From: Octopus sinensis
Taxonomy: Eukaryota
Assembly (NCBI RefSeq): GCF_006345805.1
Contig: NW_021828736.1
Coordinates: forward strand, 1-8,017
Length of the DNA: 8,017 nucleotides
Direction of reading: 5' to 3'
The notes beneath the pieces were generated by a model that was given only the letters and a program-made list of their open reading frames with translations, made no database searches and was not told the DNA's origin. Below, piece by piece: positions 6,551 through 8,017 of this stretch. The translations under genes were made by a program, and so were the position numbers. Within the stretch, counting starts at the first letter, position 1. The number at the start of each line of letters is the position of its first letter.

Positions 6551-6834
6551 GTCTGTAGAACAGTCAGCTCCGCATGTTTGTAACTAGAAATTCTGAAATT
6601 CTGCGATGGCGTCGAGGAGGAATTTGTTGATGTTTTCTGCAGAGTTCTGGGCGAAGTGGGTGGGTTCGGAGGTGGGGTGCAAACGTTATCATTATCTTTC
6701 CTATGACGTCATAGTTGCACGGCCACCACCACCCACATACCCCCAATACGAACTACAAAAACAACAACTACAAATACTACGGAAACAAACAGAAACGGCA
6801 TCATAACTATAGAAATAGTGACTGATAATATATC

Positions 6835-7063
6835 GGTTTCTAATTTTGGTACAAGGCCAGCAATTTTGGCGAGTGGTGGATGGGGAGAAGCAGGGGTACG
6901 TCGATTAAATCGACCCCCAAATGTTGAATTCGTACTTATTTAATCGACTCCGAAAGGATTAAAAGCAAAGTCGACCTCGGCGGGATTTGAACTCAGAACG
7001 TAAGGACGGACGGAATGCTGCTAAGCATTTTGCCTGACGTCCTAACCATTCTGCCAGCTCACC
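6835..7063 (-). mobile_element. tRNA-derived SINE with Nin/Deu-type central domain
   Basis: Minus strand: A box TGGCAGAATGG (7056->7046), B box GAGTTCAAATCC (6994->6983), then GAGGTCGACTTTGCTTTTAATCCTTTCGGAGTCGATTAAATAAGTAC, resembling the conserved GCCTTTCATCCTTTCGGGGTCGATAAA…GTAC domain. Domain name from recall. Confidence 0.78.
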
Positions 7064-7389
7064 ACTTTACATTAGCTGATGATATATCCCCAAAATGTGA
7101 TATGTAGACAACATTTCAGGGGGTAATAGGCCCAGGGTAGATGTGAAATATCGGCCCAGTTTTAATGGATAAGAAACCCAGAATAGTTGTGAAATGTACT
7201 CCCCATTTTTAAAATAAAAATATTTTAGTAATCAATGTTAAATAGATATGATTTATATGTGGTTACAGATATATATACATCTTATAACTGAAACAGCTGT
7301 TAAGTAATGATCTACATTACTTAATTCTTTGTTCCTTTGTCATTTATATAATCTATATATATAGTCTGAGGTTATTAGTATCGCTATGT

Positions 7390-7615
7390 AGGGTGTGTGA
7401 CCTAGTGGTGACGGTACTGGACATATGATCATAAGATTGTGGTTCCGATTCCTGGACAGAGTGACGCGTTGTGTCCTTGAGCAAAACACTTCATTTCACG
7501 TTGCTCCCGTCCACCCAGCTGACAAAAATGAATAATCTTGCGATGGACTGGAATCCCGTCCCGGCGGGGAATATATACGTCACAGAATCCGGAAAATCGG
7601 CTCTTGTGGATCTAT
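7390..7615 (+). mobile_element. tRNA-derived SINE with CORE-like central segment
   Basis: A-box-like TGACCTAGTGG, B-box-like GGTTCCGATTCC, TGTGTCCTTGAGCAAAACACTT (CORE-like), and 3' TGCGATGGACTGGAATCCCGTCC…GGAAAATCGG related to 5667-5730. Confidence 0.75.
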
Positions 7616-7638
7616 ATAATTCAGGAAGGAACTTTACT

Positions 7639-7712
7639 ACTTTATATTTATATATATAATGATGATAATGATGATGATGATAATGATGATGATGATGATG
7701 ATGATGATGATA

Positions 7713-7747
<35 letters not shown>

Positions 7748-7810
7748 AATGATGAAGATGGTAATGATGATGATGATAATGATGATGATGAGGAGGAGAA
7801 GCAGGAGCAG
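7639..7810. repeat. (GAT)n array grading into (GAG)n
   Basis: Directly visible. Confidence 0.93.
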
Positions 7811-7903
7811 GAAGAGGACAGGTATTTTAAAAACGATGATAATGAGTTTATAATTCCGCTATATATAAAACGGTATTTTTTCATAGCGTTTTTTCAGATG
7901 GCC

Positions 7904-7970
7904 AGATAACCGAAGAGATGGTGTTGTGTTTTTTTCCACTTCGCGGCATCCGAAACTCAGAGTTTTATCT
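7904..7970 (+). ncRNA. Minimal type I hammerhead-like motif (core CCGAAGA)
   Basis: AGATAA-CCGAAGA(7910-7916)-GATG…CATC-C-GAAA(7952-7955)-C-TCAGA-GTT(7962-7964)-TTATCT. Perfect 6-bp stem I next to the core, quasi-palindromic stem III AACTC-A-GAGTT, and (TA)n about 22 nt downstream. Confidence 0.62.
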
Positions 7971-7992
7971 TGACTATTGAATAATTGTTACA

Positions 7993-8017
7993 TATATATA
8001 TATATATATATATATAT
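7993..8017. repeat. (AT)n microsatellite
   Basis: Directly visible. Confidence 0.95.

Noticed and set aside
5844-6587. Poly-Met, poly-Ile and a long poly-Asp frame resembling acidic mollusc biomineral proteins
   Set aside because: GAT cannot become a stop by one substitution, so open frames are expected. The Asp frame has no upstream ATG or signal peptide and is antisense to the host exon.
6541-7380. Upstream exon of the TGF-beta-like gene
   Set aside because: No CxxC or ILxKL-type prodomain motif and no convincing phase-1 donor were seen in the frames read.
5091-7460. tRNA-like A/B boxes at 5091, 5464, 7063 and 7390 as tRNA genes
   Set aside because: No complete cloverleaf, and each continues into a SINE body.
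7538-7909. 123-aa Asp-rich ORF and overlapping Ser- and Met-rich ORFs
   Set aside because: Starts inside a SINE and runs through a (GAT)n array.

Overview
AT-rich, repeat-dense eukaryotic DNA. The repeat families and microsatellites resemble those of octopus/coleoid cephalopods (inferred from recognition, not searched). One protein-coding exon is supported, and the ORF track misses it: a spliced internal exon on the minus strand (2970->2822) whose translation (…FQFSLKLLPYMYSIKKAILWLYLRPVQT…) resembles the prodomain of a myostatin/GDF11/activin-type TGF-beta ligand. The rest is probably that gene's introns. They hold an internally deleted mariner with intact TIRs and TA TSDs, several tRNA-derived SINEs, long (CATA)n and (GAT)n arrays and three fold-back structures (292-425, 701-858, 872-1437). 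The most unusual signal is five minimal type I hammerhead-like motifs (425-470 -, 2184-2219 +, 2448-2516 +, 3591-3625 -, 7904-7970 +). Four have a palindromic or near-palindromic stem III, and each lies in a short module ending in (TA)n, as expected for Penelope-like pLTR or retrozyme remnants. One sits in a structured 355-bp partial tandem repeat, and the tail of another matches both ends of the 566-bp palindrome. Most listed ORFs are microsatellite or antisense artefacts.
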